The notes beneath the pieces were generated by a model that saw only the letters and a program-made list of their open reading frames with translations, was not told where the DNA came from and ran no database searches. A DNA stretch of 55,464 nt from a virus (lineage: Duplodnaviria > Caudoviricetes): the IMG/VR virus record IMGVR_UViG_3300029319_008445, positions 1 through 55,464 of that record; one strand, given 5' to 3'. A program made the position numbers and the translations under genes. The stretch's first letter is position 1; every line of letters starts with the position of its first letter. Below, piece after piece: positions 1 through 9,943 of the stretch.

Positions 1-2
1 CT

Positions 3-614
3 CCGTGCCCTGAGATTGAATATAACTACTGCCCTCTGGAAGTCTATTACTGCCAGATGCCTTTGGATCGTTATGTTGAAGCCATGGCTGACGCACACAA
101 CTTTGATGCCCGTGTAACCAGGCTAAGAAGGTTTGAGCGTGAAGCGATTGAGGTTATTACCTCTGCGGGCTCTATTGGTAAAAGACCATATGATATTGTC
201 CGGACTGATTGCGGAGCCCACGGACTATTTCACTTTCAACCTCCAGAAGGCATTTTGGAATGGGCACCTTGGGATGTAACCGAAGTTGTTGAAAACGCTG
301 GTGATTGTGCCTACCATAATCAAGAGTGGGTTAGCAATGTTGATCAAATGCTTCACATGTATCCATACGGGCCAGGTTATCAACTCCTAGAGTGGAGAGA
401 CCGTGTATTGGCTGCTGCATATTATGCCAGCCGAGAAGGTTGGGACTCTGATAAGATGGCCTGGGCTTTGGCAATCGCAAATTCCACTGGTGTTAGTGGT
501 TTTCGTCGTATCTTAGCAGAAGATCCCGAGGACACACTAGATTATTATTTAGCCCAAAGACCTGATAGCAACCATAGAGCACGAAGGGCAGCGGCACTAA
601 GGGAACTACATTGA
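3..614 (+). CDS. Hypothetical protein, probably 5'-truncated; possible lysozyme/transglycosylase-like fold
   Basis: Frame is open from nt 3 (PCPEIEYNYCPLEVYYCQ-MPLD...), so the true start may lie upstream; GAHGLFHFQP weakly resembles the GAxGLxQxxP motif of lytic transglycosylases. Confidence 0.6.
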   Translation, partial: PCPEIEYNYCPLEVYYCQMPLDRYVEAMADAHNFDARVTRLRRFEREAIEVITSAGSIGKRPYDIVRTDCGAHGLFHFQPPEGILEWAPWDVTEVVENAGDCAYHNQEWVSNVDQMLHMYPYGPGYQLLEWRDRVLAAAYYASREGWDSDKMAWALAIANSTGVSGFRRILAEDPEDTLDYYLAQRPDSNHRARRAAALRELH

Positions 615-904
615 AAGGGCTAGAAAGAAAATACAGTTCGTGGGCAGCCTTACTGTGGTGTATGTTGGTAATAGGGTGGTTTATACTTTTAATGGTATGG
701 ATGCCACCCATTATCGCAGCTGCCGGATACACACTATTCTCAATTGTGATGTATAGAATTTGCTATGCAACATACACACAATTGCTTCCAAACAACACAG
801 ATTTTCAAAACTTTCTTTTTGCTTTTGTGTGTGCTGCATTGTGGCCTCCATACTTTCTTTTTGGTGTTTGTTTTTTTCTAACCAAGGCAATTAGGCGAGA
901 ATAA
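611..904 (+). CDS. Small integral membrane protein (about 3 TM helices)
   Basis: 97 aa, three hydrophobic segments, TTG start overlapping the upstream TGA, basic C-terminus. Confidence 0.65.
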   Translation: MKGLERKYSSWAALLWCMLVIGWFILLMVWMPPIIAAAGYTLFSIVMYRICYATYTQLLPNNTDFQNFLFAFVCAALWPPYFLFGVCFFLTKAIRRE

Positions 905-914
905 TTCTGTTAAC

Positions 915-921
915 CTATTTA
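915..921 (+). promoter_or_regulatory. Candidate phage late-promoter motif CTATTTA
   Basis: Intergenic, 10 nt before the PhoH ATG; matches CTAATTA copies upstream of structural genes. Confidence 0.35.
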
Positions 922-931
922 TTACAGGCGT

Positions 932-2269
932 ATGAGAAAGAAAACATACCTGCTAGACACTAGCGCAATCTTAACCGATAGGGACGCCATATCATCCTTT
1001 GGAAGAAATGATGTCTTAATTCCACTTAAAGTTCTGGAAGAGATTGATAATAATAAAAAAAGACAAGACACTGTCGGTGCCCACGCACGTGGTGCGATTC
1101 GCATCTTAGACAATCTTAGAAAAAAGGGGAGTCTACAAAAAGGGGTCCGTATTGGTAAAGGTTTGGGTCTTTTATACTCTCGGGCTTATAATCCTGAATT
1201 ATGTCCTGCAGGTTTGGATATAGAGAATGCAGATACTCAAATTATTGTCACAGCTTTGACAGAAAAGCTAGATAATCCGACTAAAAAACTTATTGTTGTT
1301 TCTCGTGACATCAATATGCGGGTTAAATGTGATGCTTTGGGTCTCCTTTGCGAAGATTACAAAATTGAACAAATTGTAAAGGACAGAACAGAGATCTTCA
1401 CAGGATTTTCAACTCGCCTCATCGACGAGGAGATTATTGATAGATTTTACGAGAAAGAAGAAATATTTTTAGACGATGATATGATTGGTTTATATCCTCA
1501 CGAATATGTGATGCTGGTTTCCAGTTCAAATGAGAAAAAGACAGCATTAGCAAGATACGAAGGGCCAGATAAGCCATTAAAAAGAATATCAGAGTACAAA
1601 TCTGGTGTTTGGGGAATAAAACCGAGAAACAAAGAACAATCATTTGCTTTTGACCTGCTTTTAGACCCAGAAATCAAGATTGTTACCCTTATTGGTCGTG
1701 CTGGTTCAGGCAAGACTCTGTGTGCCATCGCTGCTGGCCTCTCACAGACCCTAGAACAGCAGGGAAGGAAGGGAGGTAGGGAAGAGCCCCTATATAAGAA
1801 GATGGTCGTTTCTCGGCCAATACAGCCCGTTGGGAGAGACATTGGGTTTTTACCTGGCTCTATGGAAGATAAAATGATGCCATGGCTGGCACCAATCCAG
1901 GATAATTTACAACATTTAATGGGAAATGATAAATTAACCTTGGAAAGTTATATGAAAAGTGGTATAATAGAGATGGAAGCAATAACTTACATTAGAGGTC
2001 GTTCCATATCGAACGCTTTTATTATGATTGACGAAGCACAAAATTTAACAACCCATGAATTAAAGACTATACTTACAAGGGTAGGTGAGAATACTAAGAT
2101 TGTTTTAACTGGCGACATTGAGCAGATTGATAACACTTATATCAACGAAACCACAAATGGTCTCACCTATGCAGTAGAGAAGTTTAAGAACGAAGATCTA
2201 GCTGGAAATATCATTTTACAAAAGGGCGAGCGGTCAAAGGTTGCCTCGCTTGCAGCTAAATTACTTTAA
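932..2269 (+). CDS. phoH: PIN-domain PhoH-family ATPase (PhoH2/YlaK-like)
   Basis: N-terminal PIN (YLLDTS...VLEEID...SRDINMR); Walker A GRAGSGKT; RDIGFLPG, YIRGRS, IDEAQN, TRVG and GDIEQID PhoH motifs. Confidence 0.95.
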   Translation: MRKKTYLLDTSAILTDRDAISSFGRNDVLIPLKVLEEIDNNKKRQDTVGAHARGAIRILDNLRKKGSLQKGVRIGKGLGLLYSRAYNPELCPAGLDIENADTQIIVTALTEKLDNPTKKLIVVSRDINMRVKCDALGLLCEDYKIEQIVKDRTEIFTGFSTRLIDEEIIDRFYEKEEIFLDDDMIGLYPHEYVMLVSSSNEKKTALARYEGPDKPLKRISEYKSGVWGIKPRNKEQSFAFDLLLDPEIKIVTLIGRAGSGKTLCAIAAGLSQTLEQQGRKGGREEPLYKKMVVSRPIQPVGRDIGFLPGSMEDKMMPWLAPIQDNLQHLMGNDKLTLESYMKSGIIEMEAITYIRGRSISNAFIMIDEAQNLTTHELKTILTRVGENTKIVLTGDIEQIDNTYINETTNGLTYAVEKFKNEDLAGNIILQKGERSKVASLAAKLL

Positions 2270-2278
2270 GGAGAAGAA

Positions 2279-2569
2279 ATGAATTTAGGAGAAAACCCAG
2301 TATTAACTGAAGAAGTAAAGCCCGATAGCGAGCTTAAAACTTGGCTAGTCGATTATGTTGGCGATAGTCTGAAAGTAGAAGATGGTCAAGTGACGGTTGA
2401 GAATATTGTCGAAGTTGTGGCCAAGGAATTTCCTGATTTTCTGATGGCTGTTGCTGAAGAAAATTGGGTTAGAGGATACCATCAGGCACTCGTTGATGCT
2501 GATGAAGGAATCAAGATGCGCGAAGCAGAAATGCTTGAGAAATACGAGAATTGTGACAAGTGTGGATAA
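2279..2569 (+). CDS. Hypothetical protein
   Basis: 96 aa acidic ORF with SD (AAGGAG). Confidence 0.75.
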   Translation: MNLGENPVLTEEVKPDSELKTWLVDYVGDSLKVEDGQVTVENIVEVVAKEFPDFLMAVAEENWVRGYHQALVDADEGIKMREAEMLEKYENCDKCG

Positions 2570-3227
2570 TTACATCGAACAGAGTTTAAGGAACTCTCCG
2601 GAAAAAGTCTTTTTTAAAAAGACCACAGTTCTTGTTAAAGACCCCCTTCCTGAAAATGTTAACATAGATCGCGTCCTTTCTCTCCTTGAAAAAAGGATCC
2701 CAGAGCATTTGGCTTATGGGATTGATATGATTTATATCGGACAATTTCAAGAGTTTGTCGATAGAGATATTAACGCTGCTTATAAGGATGGAGCGATATA
2801 TGTGACGAACGAGCAAATAGATGAGGATGATATGCTTGATGATATCACTCACGAAATTGCTCATGCATGTGAGGAGGCATACACTTCTTTAATCTATGCT
2901 GATGGCAAAATTCAGAATGAGTTTGTAGGCAAGAGAAGAAGATTATTTGAGATATTGAGAACAGAAGGCTACAAAGTAAGTTTAGAGGATTTTTTAAATA
3001 CAGAATACTCAAGAGAATTTGATGAATTTCTTTATCAAGAAGTTGGATATGATAAATTAACTTTTTTTACAATGGGACTTTTTGTTTCGCCCTATGGTGC
3101 AACATCGTACCGTGAATATTTTGCAAATGGATTTGAACATTATTTTTTAAATGAACCTCAATATGTAAAAGTTGTAAGTCCCGCCGTCTATGAAAAAATA
3201 GATGGCCTTGTATTCATGGAAATTTAA
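2562..3227 (+). CDS. Zincin-like metallopeptidase domain protein
   Basis: HEIAH (HExxH) plus downstream REYFANGF glutamate motif; GTG at 2562 overlapping the previous stop is the likelier start than 2451. Confidence 0.65.
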   Translation: MDNYIEQSLRNSPEKVFFKKTTVLVKDPLPENVNIDRVLSLLEKRIPEHLAYGIDMIYIGQFQEFVDRDINAAYKDGAIYVTNEQIDEDDMLDDITHEIAHACEEAYTSLIYADGKIQNEFVGKRRRLFEILRTEGYKVSLEDFLNTEYSREFDEFLYQEVGYDKLTFFTMGLFVSPYGATSYREYFANGFEHYFLNEPQYVKVVSPAVYEKIDGLVFMEI

Positions 3228-3235
3228 GAGGTAAC

Positions 3236-4006
3236 ATGCCACACATTTCGTTTTCTGAGCTTCGCAATTGGAAGCAATGCCCGTTTTATCATAAATTAAC
3301 CTACGTCGACAAAATTGCCGGATTCGTCGGTAACGAATTCACTGCTTTTGGACGAGCAATTCACGATTCTTGTGAAAAGCTCCTTCTTGAGGGTGATGAT
3401 GGAAAGATGTATAGTTTTTTTATCAACAAATTTGAGAAGGAGATTGAGGATCTCCTTTTGAAAGAGGTCGAATTAAAGCAAGATTTGGTTAATCAGATGG
3501 TCATCCAAGGAGAGAATATTCTTCCTTCCATTTTGCCTGGAATTAAAGAATATTTTGAGGACTTTGAGGTTGTTTCGACAGAAGAGCAACTAATGGTCCC
3601 CATGGAAGAGTTCGAGGGGTATAAATTTAAAGGATTCGTAGATCTAGTGATAAAAACACCAGACGACAAGTACCATATTATTGACTGGAAGACTTGCTCC
3701 TGGGGCTGGGATTCTCGCAAGAGGTCTGATCCAATGGTCACATACCAGCTTACGCTGTATAAACACTACTTCGCAAAGAAGCACAACATTGATCCCAAGA
3801 ATATTGAGACACACTTTGCCTTACTGAAACGTACAGCAAAGAAAAACAATGTTGAAATGTTTCGAGTAACGAGTGGTCCAAGAAAAACACAAAATGCTCT
3901 TAACTTATTGTTAAAAGCAGTATACAATATCTCTAAAAAGCGGTTTATTAAGAATCGTCTTGCCTGTAGAGGTTGCGAATTTTATAAAACGGAGCATTGC
4001 CCATGA
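3236..4006 (+). CDS. Cas4/RecB-like PD-(D/E)xK exonuclease with Fe-S cluster
   Basis: N-terminal QCP, GFVDL, IIDWKT, QLTLY, and C-terminal CRGCEFYKTEHCP (1+3 cysteine arrangement). Confidence 0.9.
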   Translation: MPHISFSELRNWKQCPFYHKLTYVDKIAGFVGNEFTAFGRAIHDSCEKLLLEGDDGKMYSFFINKFEKEIEDLLLKEVELKQDLVNQMVIQGENILPSILPGIKEYFEDFEVVSTEEQLMVPMEEFEGYKFKGFVDLVIKTPDDKYHIIDWKTCSWGWDSRKRSDPMVTYQLTLYKHYFAKKHNIDPKNIETHFALLKRTAKKNNVEMFRVTSGPRKTQNALNLLLKAVYNISKKRFIKNRLACRGCEFYKTEHCP

Positions 4007-5268
4007 GTGAAAATAAAAAGATTAAAGTATTTACAATTTCCGACCACCCTTTTAGCCCATCTGGTGTCGGTATTCAGACAAAGTACATTTGTCAAGGACT
4101 TCTTAATAGTGGAAAATTTCAAATAGTCAGCTTTGGAGGCGCTATTAAGCATGATAAGTACGAACCAATGAAGACGGAAGAATATGGGGATGATTGGGTT
4201 GTTTATCCTGTTGATGGTTACGGAACTCCAGATATGGTTAGGTCTTTGATTAGGGACGAAAAACCTGATATCCTATGGTTTATGACAGATCCTCGTTTTT
4301 GGGGTTGGCTCTGGATGATTGAACACGAGATTAGACCATTAATGCCAATGGTTTATTATCATGTCTGGGACAATTATCCCCCACCGCGATACAATAAGAA
4401 GTGGTATGATTCGAATGATGTAGTTTGCACAATATCGAAGGTTACAGATGATGTTGTGGGCATTGTCTCTCCGGATGTGGAAAGACACTATGTTCCACAC
4501 GCAGTAGCATCCGAATCGTTCAAACCTCTTCCGCCAAAAGATGTATTTAAAGCCAAATTGGATTCCTTGGGGCCTGAAGCCAATAATAAGATGGTATTTT
4601 TCTGGAATAACAGAAACGCACGAAGGAAGCAGAGCGGCACTTTAGTTTTTTGGTTTAAAGAGTTTCTGGATCAGGTGGGTCATGACAAAGCTTGTTTGAT
4701 TATGCACACCGATCCAAAAGACCCTAACGGACAAGATCTTGAACATTTGATTAGTATGCTTGGTGTGGATAATGGACAAATTATGTTATCCACAGCGAAA
4801 TATCCAGAGGAGCATCTGGCAGCCATTTACAATATGGCCGACTGCACCATTAATATTTCTGATGCTGAAGGGTTTGGTCTGGCCACACTGGAGTCGCTTT
4901 CTTGTGGCACACCAATTATTGTTAATATGACCGGCGGCCTGCAGGAACAAGTAACAAATGGAGAAGAATGGTTTGGTATTGGTATTGAACCTTGCTCTAA
5001 AGCGATTATTGGTTCTCAAGAGATTCCATATATTCGCGAAGATCGATTGAATAAAGAACAGTTTGTTAGCGCACTGGTCGAGTTTTATAATATGACTCCG
5101 GAGCAAAGAAAAGAGATGGGCGACCGAGGTAGGGAACATGTTAAGAAAAACTATGGTTTTGAAAAATTTCAAAGCCGATGGGTTGAACTTATGTTAGGTG
5201 TCCATGAGAACCATGGTTCTTGGGAAACTAGAAAAGATTACAAATCTTGGAATTTAACGGAGCTTTAA
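4003..5268 (+). CDS. Glycosyltransferase, GT-B (GT4-like)
   Basis: SPSGVG, NRNARRK, EGFGLATLE (Ex7E), CGTPII; ATGA overlap at 4003. Confidence 0.9.
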   Translation: MSENKKIKVFTISDHPFSPSGVGIQTKYICQGLLNSGKFQIVSFGGAIKHDKYEPMKTEEYGDDWVVYPVDGYGTPDMVRSLIRDEKPDILWFMTDPRFWGWLWMIEHEIRPLMPMVYYHVWDNYPPPRYNKKWYDSNDVVCTISKVTDDVVGIVSPDVERHYVPHAVASESFKPLPPKDVFKAKLDSLGPEANNKMVFFWNNRNARRKQSGTLVFWFKEFLDQVGHDKACLIMHTDPKDPNGQDLEHLISMLGVDNGQIMLSTAKYPEEHLAAIYNMADCTINISDAEGFGLATLESLSCGTPIIVNMTGGLQEQVTNGEEWFGIGIEPCSKAIIGSQEIPYIREDRLNKEQFVSALVEFYNMTPEQRKEMGDRGREHVKKNYGFEKFQSRWVELMLGVHENHGSWETRKDYKSWNLTEL

Positions 5269-5269
5269 A

Positions 5270-6544
5270 ATGAAGAAAAAGGTTATAGTAAGGGGTCCGG
5301 CTTTAAGTCGCTCTGGGTATGGAGAACATACTCGTTTCATCCTTCGGGCCTTGCGAAGTCGCGAGGATATTTTAGATATATATCTTTATAATCTAAATTG
5401 GGGAAAAACAGGGTGGCTATGGGAAGAAAATGAGGAGAGAGACTGGCTAGAAGGGATTTTGGAAAAAACTGTCTTTTATACGCAGCAGGGTGGCAAGTTT
5501 GATGTATCGATGCAGATCACCATCCCAAACGAGTGGGAAAACTTAGCACCAATTAATATTGGTGTGACTGCCGGCATGGAAACAAACAAAATATCCCCAA
5601 CATGGATTGAAAAAAGTCAAGTTGTCGACCACATAATCACGATTTCTGAGCATTCTAAGAGTGGATTTACAAATACATCATACCAGGCAAAAAATAATGC
5701 AACCGGAGAGGTGATTAATGATTTTCGATGCACGGTTCCAGTTGATGTAGTTCATTATCCAGTCAAAGATTATGAACCAGCCGCTTTGGATATTGATTTT
5801 GAAACTGATTTTAATTTTTTGACTGTGGCACAGATATCGCCTAGAAAGAATATTCAAAACACAGTTAAATGGTTTGTGGAGGAGTTTATCGACCAACCAG
5901 TCGGGCTGGTTATTAAATGCAATCAGATGAACAATTGTACCGCTGATAGAATGCATACGAAACATGCACTTCGTAACCTGCTGGAGGAATATAAAGACCG
6001 GAAATGCAAGGTCTATTTGTTACATGGTTCTATGACTGATGAAGAAATGACTGCTGTTTATCAGCATCCAAAGATTAAAGGCTTAATTAGCTTAGCACAT
6101 GGAGAGGGATTTGGATTACCTATTTTTGAAGCTGTTTATAATGAGCTTCCTGTTATCGCTCCTGATTGGAGTGGCCACATTGACTTTCTTTATAAGCCAG
6201 TAAAGGATAAGAAGACCGGTAAAGAAAAAAAGAGGCCCCATTTTGCGTCGGTTAAATACAAAATTCAACCAATTCAAAAAGAGGCAGTTTGGAAGGGAGT
6301 ATTGGAGGCAGATTCAATGTGGTGCTATCCAGAGCAGGGTTCTTACAAAATGAGATTGAGAGAAGTTTATAAGGACTATAATCGATTTTCCAGCCAAGCC
6401 AAGAAATTAAATAAGTGGGTCAGAGAAAACTTCACAGCAGAACAACAATATGAAAAAGTCATGAACGTAGTATCATCATACGTCGATTTTACATCGAATG
6501 AAGAAATAGACAGAATGTTTGCAATGTTAAATGAAGGAAAATGA
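5270..6544 (+). CDS. Glycosyltransferase, GT-B (GT4-like)
   Basis: SRSGYG, SPRKN, GEGFGLPIFE, LPVIAPDWSGH. Confidence 0.9.
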   Translation: MKKKVIVRGPALSRSGYGEHTRFILRALRSREDILDIYLYNLNWGKTGWLWEENEERDWLEGILEKTVFYTQQGGKFDVSMQITIPNEWENLAPINIGVTAGMETNKISPTWIEKSQVVDHIITISEHSKSGFTNTSYQAKNNATGEVINDFRCTVPVDVVHYPVKDYEPAALDIDFETDFNFLTVAQISPRKNIQNTVKWFVEEFIDQPVGLVIKCNQMNNCTADRMHTKHALRNLLEEYKDRKCKVYLLHGSMTDEEMTAVYQHPKIKGLISLAHGEGFGLPIFEAVYNELPVIAPDWSGHIDFLYKPVKDKKTGKEKKRPHFASVKYKIQPIQKEAVWKGVLEADSMWCYPEQGSYKMRLREVYKDYNRFSSQAKKLNKWVRENFTAEQQYEKVMNVVSSYVDFTSNEEIDRMFAMLNEGK

Positions 6545-8160
6545 TGATATTATTTGTAGCGGATCTTTTTGCGGATCAATATAGGGGTGGCGCAGAATTA
6601 ACAACGGAAGCGTTGTTTCAATCATCTTTGATGCCGGCTAAAAAAGTTCTCGCACAATCATTAAATCCCAAATTAATGGAGGCGCATAAAGATGCTTTCT
6701 GGATTTTTGGAAACTTTGCTAGTTTATCTGAGGATTGCTTACTTTATGCTATCAAGAATCTGAAATACTCAGTTTTGGAATACGATTATAAATATTGTGA
6801 ATATCGTTCTCCAGGCAAGTGTGCTCAAGCTACTGGTTCTTGTAAGTGCGAGTCTGCGAGGCACGGCAAGATTGTTGCAATGTTTCTAAATTCTTCTTTA
6901 ATGACGTGGTGGATGTCACGAAAACAGAAAGAACACTATCAAAAGTTTTATCCTTTCTTAAAAAACACCAATAATACAGTTTTAAGTTCTGTTTTCTCAC
7001 ACGAAACTCTTGATTATGTTGAGACTCTAGATACAAAAAACAAAAATGATAAATGGATTATCATGAATTCGCAGTCTTGGATCAAGGGTGTTGATGATGC
7101 GGTTAGGTATGCCGAAGAAAACAATTTAGAGTATGAATTAATCTGGGGCCTGGAACATAAAGATTTTTTGAAAAAGCTCGCTGAATCAAAAGGGCTTATA
7201 TTTCTCCCAAAAGACGGAGACACTTGCCCCAGAATGGTAATCGAGGCAAAATTGCTTGATTGTGAGTTGGTATTGAACGACAATGTACAACACAAGGACG
7301 AAGATTGGTTTGCAACCAGATCTAAAACCATGGATTATCTTCGAAAAGTCGCATCTAGATTTTGGTTAACCTTGGAAGAACTCGCTCCGGAGCATTTACA
7401 AGTTCCTGATGTTGATACGACCAACGATCAAAGATTTCACATTGTCGTACCTTTTTATAATGCTGAAAAATGGGTTATGAAGTGTATCAATGGCATAAAA
7501 ATGCAGTCACATACAAACTACATTTGCACTTTCATTGATGATATGTCGACAGACAAAAGCGCTACGTTAGTAGAGAGAGCGATAAAGGGAGACCCAAAAT
7601 TTAAATTAATTAAGAACACTGAGAAAAAATATGCACTAGGAAATATTGCACATGCCCTAGAACGAACAGAATGCCGCCTAGATGACGTGGTAATACTTTT
7701 AGACGGGGATGATTGGTTTTCTTCGTCGAAGTCGCTTAAACGGCTTTGTAGGGAGTATGAAGACGAGAATTGTTTACTAACTTATGGAAGTTATGTGTAT
7801 TTTCCCCGGGGCATAAGAGGAATAGAGCCTTCCCAATATCCAGAGGAAGTGATAAAAAACAACTCTTTTAGACGAGATCAGTGGCGAGCTTCACATCTCA
7901 GGACTTTTAAACATAGTTTATGGAATCACTTGAATCATGATGATTTAAAATATGATGATGGGGAATATTATAGAATGACTTATGACCAGGCTATCATGCT
8001 ACCTCTTTTGGAAATGGCCGGCCCAAAATCTAGGTTCATCCCAGATATTCTTCATGTATATAACAAAGCGAACCCTCTGAATATCGATAAGAACAAGGGT
8101 TTGGAACAGCATTCGCTGGCTCAAAAAATCAGAAATAAAACTCCATACGCTAGATTATGA
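6541..8160 (+). CDS. Bifunctional glycosyltransferase (GT-B-like N-terminal + GT2 C-terminal)
   Basis: GGAE, KG, DTCPRMVIE in the N-half; VVPFYNAE, IDDMSTD, LDGDD, YDQ in the C-half. Confidence 0.85.
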   Translation: MMILFVADLFADQYRGGAELTTEALFQSSLMPAKKVLAQSLNPKLMEAHKDAFWIFGNFASLSEDCLLYAIKNLKYSVLEYDYKYCEYRSPGKCAQATGSCKCESARHGKIVAMFLNSSLMTWWMSRKQKEHYQKFYPFLKNTNNTVLSSVFSHETLDYVETLDTKNKNDKWIIMNSQSWIKGVDDAVRYAEENNLEYELIWGLEHKDFLKKLAESKGLIFLPKDGDTCPRMVIEAKLLDCELVLNDNVQHKDEDWFATRSKTMDYLRKVASRFWLTLEELAPEHLQVPDVDTTNDQRFHIVVPFYNAEKWVMKCINGIKMQSHTNYICTFIDDMSTDKSATLVERAIKGDPKFKLIKNTEKKYALGNIAHALERTECRLDDVVILLDGDDWFSSSKSLKRLCREYEDENCLLTYGSYVYFPRGIRGIEPSQYPEEVIKNNSFRRDQWRASHLRTFKHSLWNHLNHDDLKYDDGEYYRMTYDQAIMLPLLEMAGPKSRFIPDILHVYNKANPLNIDKNKGLEQHSLAQKIRNKTPYARL

Positions 8161-9062
8161 ATATTCATTTGGAAAACGTGGATCCATTTAGTAATTCTGG
8201 ACCCAACTCATTTGGTCGCAAATTGGTCAAATATATGGGCAATATGGGACACACATTCAACAATAAGCAAGAAGGAGATATATCTTTAGCATTTATTCAA
8301 GCAGTTAAGGATAAGCACTCTATTCCACTGATTCAAAGATTAGATGGGATATATTTTAACACAATTCAAAATTATAGGGTGCAAAATTATTTAATAGAGG
8401 AAACATACAAGAAGGCAAGTGGGGTTGTTTTTCAATCGAATTTTAATCGCGACCTAACATTTGAATTTTTTGGACCTCATGATAATTACGCAATCATTCA
8501 CAATGGCGCAGACGTAGAGGAAATAGAAACAACACAAAGGTTTCTTAAATATCCAGACAGGTTTTCAGAAATATGGTGCTGTGCATCTTCCTGGAGGCCA
8601 CACAAAAGGCTAGATGATAATATTAAATACTTCCTTGAGCACGCCCCCGATGATGCTTGTTTTATAATCGCCGGCGACGTGAATCATCGTTTTAATGATC
8701 CTAGGGTTTTTTATGTTGGCAACGTTCAACAAAACACTCTTTATCAAGTCTATAAGGCTTCAACTCACTTTGTCCATTTGGCTTGGCTTGATCATTGTCC
8801 AAATGTTGTTGTTGATGCTAGGGCGTGTGGATGTAAGATTATTTGCTCGTCTTCTGGCGGCACAAAAGAAATTGCAGGTCCCGATGCAATTGTAATCGAA
8901 GAAGAGGAATGGGATTTCCAACCGGTTAATCTATATCAACCTCCAGAGTTGGACTTTAGTAAAAGGATTAAAAATACTTGGGACATCAACTACAATATGA
9001 CAAGGACGGCAGAACAATATGAAAGTTTTTTCACTAGTACCAGAAGAAAATTGGATTCTTGA
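8157..9062 (+). CDS. Glycosyltransferase, GT4-like
   Basis: SGPNSF, QRLDG, FQSNF, IIHNG, HKR, DHCPNVVVDARACG, SGGTKEI. Confidence 0.85.
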   Translation: MNIHLENVDPFSNSGPNSFGRKLVKYMGNMGHTFNNKQEGDISLAFIQAVKDKHSIPLIQRLDGIYFNTIQNYRVQNYLIEETYKKASGVVFQSNFNRDLTFEFFGPHDNYAIIHNGADVEEIETTQRFLKYPDRFSEIWCCASSWRPHKRLDDNIKYFLEHAPDDACFIIAGDVNHRFNDPRVFYVGNVQQNTLYQVYKASTHFVHLAWLDHCPNVVVDARACGCKIICSSSGGTKEIAGPDAIVIEEEEWDFQPVNLYQPPELDFSKRIKNTWDINYNMTRTAEQYESFFTSTRRKLDS

Positions 9063-9942
9063 TAGGATTAGTAAAGAGTGGACATCTTTACATCCTGAAC
9101 TTTGTGCAAAAAGCCCAGAAGAGGCAGATTTAATATGGATTATCAGTCCGTATCTCTGGCATAGGGTTCCAACAAGACTTCTTATCGATAAAAAAGTTAT
9201 AGTCAGCATCCACCACGTGGTGCCAGAGAAGTTTGACAAGTCTAATCTCCGTAACTTTGTTTCAAGGGATAAGTTTGTAGATCAATATCATGTGCCTTGT
9301 CAAAAAACCAAAGATTTTATTTCTAGGATAACAGAAAAACCTATTGAGGTTATTGGATATTGGTATAATTCGGATATTTGGTATCCATCGGATAAAGCAA
9401 AAGCTCGTGATTTTTTGGAACTACCTCCAGATGCATATGTAGTTGGTAGTTTCCAAAGAGACACAGAAGGTACAGACTTGATTAGCCCCAAGCTTGAAAA
9501 GGGTCCAGATCTGTTTATTGAGACCCTCAAAAAAATAGAAAAAGATAATTTATTTGTATTATTGGGTGGATGGCGAAGGCAGTATGTAATCAATAGGCTT
9601 GAAGAAGAGGGCATAGGTTATAAATTTATTGAAATGGCCCCCCTGGAGCTTTTGAGAGAAATGTACGCTGCTTGTGACTTGTATGTTGTTGCTTCAAGAG
9701 TCGAAGGGGGCCCACAAGCTATATTAGAGTCTGCTGCCATGAAGATTCCAATTATTTCTAGAGATGTTGGAATGGCTTCTGCAGTATTGAATGGAAATTG
9801 TATTGTCGATGTTCCAGAGGATATGTATTATCCAGTTAACGAAGATCTTGAGATTTGTTATAATAATGTCAAAGCTTATGAGATGCATAATCTCGTTGAG
9901 GATTATGTAGAATTATTTAAAAAAACTTGTGGAGGAGAATAG
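9019..9942 (+). CDS. Glycosyltransferase, GT4-like
   Basis: EKGPD, SRVEGGPQAILES, IPIISRDVG. Confidence 0.85.
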   Translation: MKVFSLVPEENWILDRISKEWTSLHPELCAKSPEEADLIWIISPYLWHRVPTRLLIDKKVIVSIHHVVPEKFDKSNLRNFVSRDKFVDQYHVPCQKTKDFISRITEKPIEVIGYWYNSDIWYPSDKAKARDFLELPPDAYVVGSFQRDTEGTDLISPKLEKGPDLFIETLKKIEKDNLFVLLGGWRRQYVINRLEEEGIGYKFIEMAPLELLREMYAACDLYVVASRVEGGPQAILESAAMKIPIISRDVGMASAVLNGNCIVDVPEDMYYPVNEDLEICYNNVKAYEMHNLVEDYVELFKKTCGGE

Positions 9943-9943
9943 A

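Noticed and set aside
3236-4006. CRISPR-Cas system
   Set aside because: Solo Cas4-like gene; no cas1/cas2/effector genes and no repeat-spacer array seen
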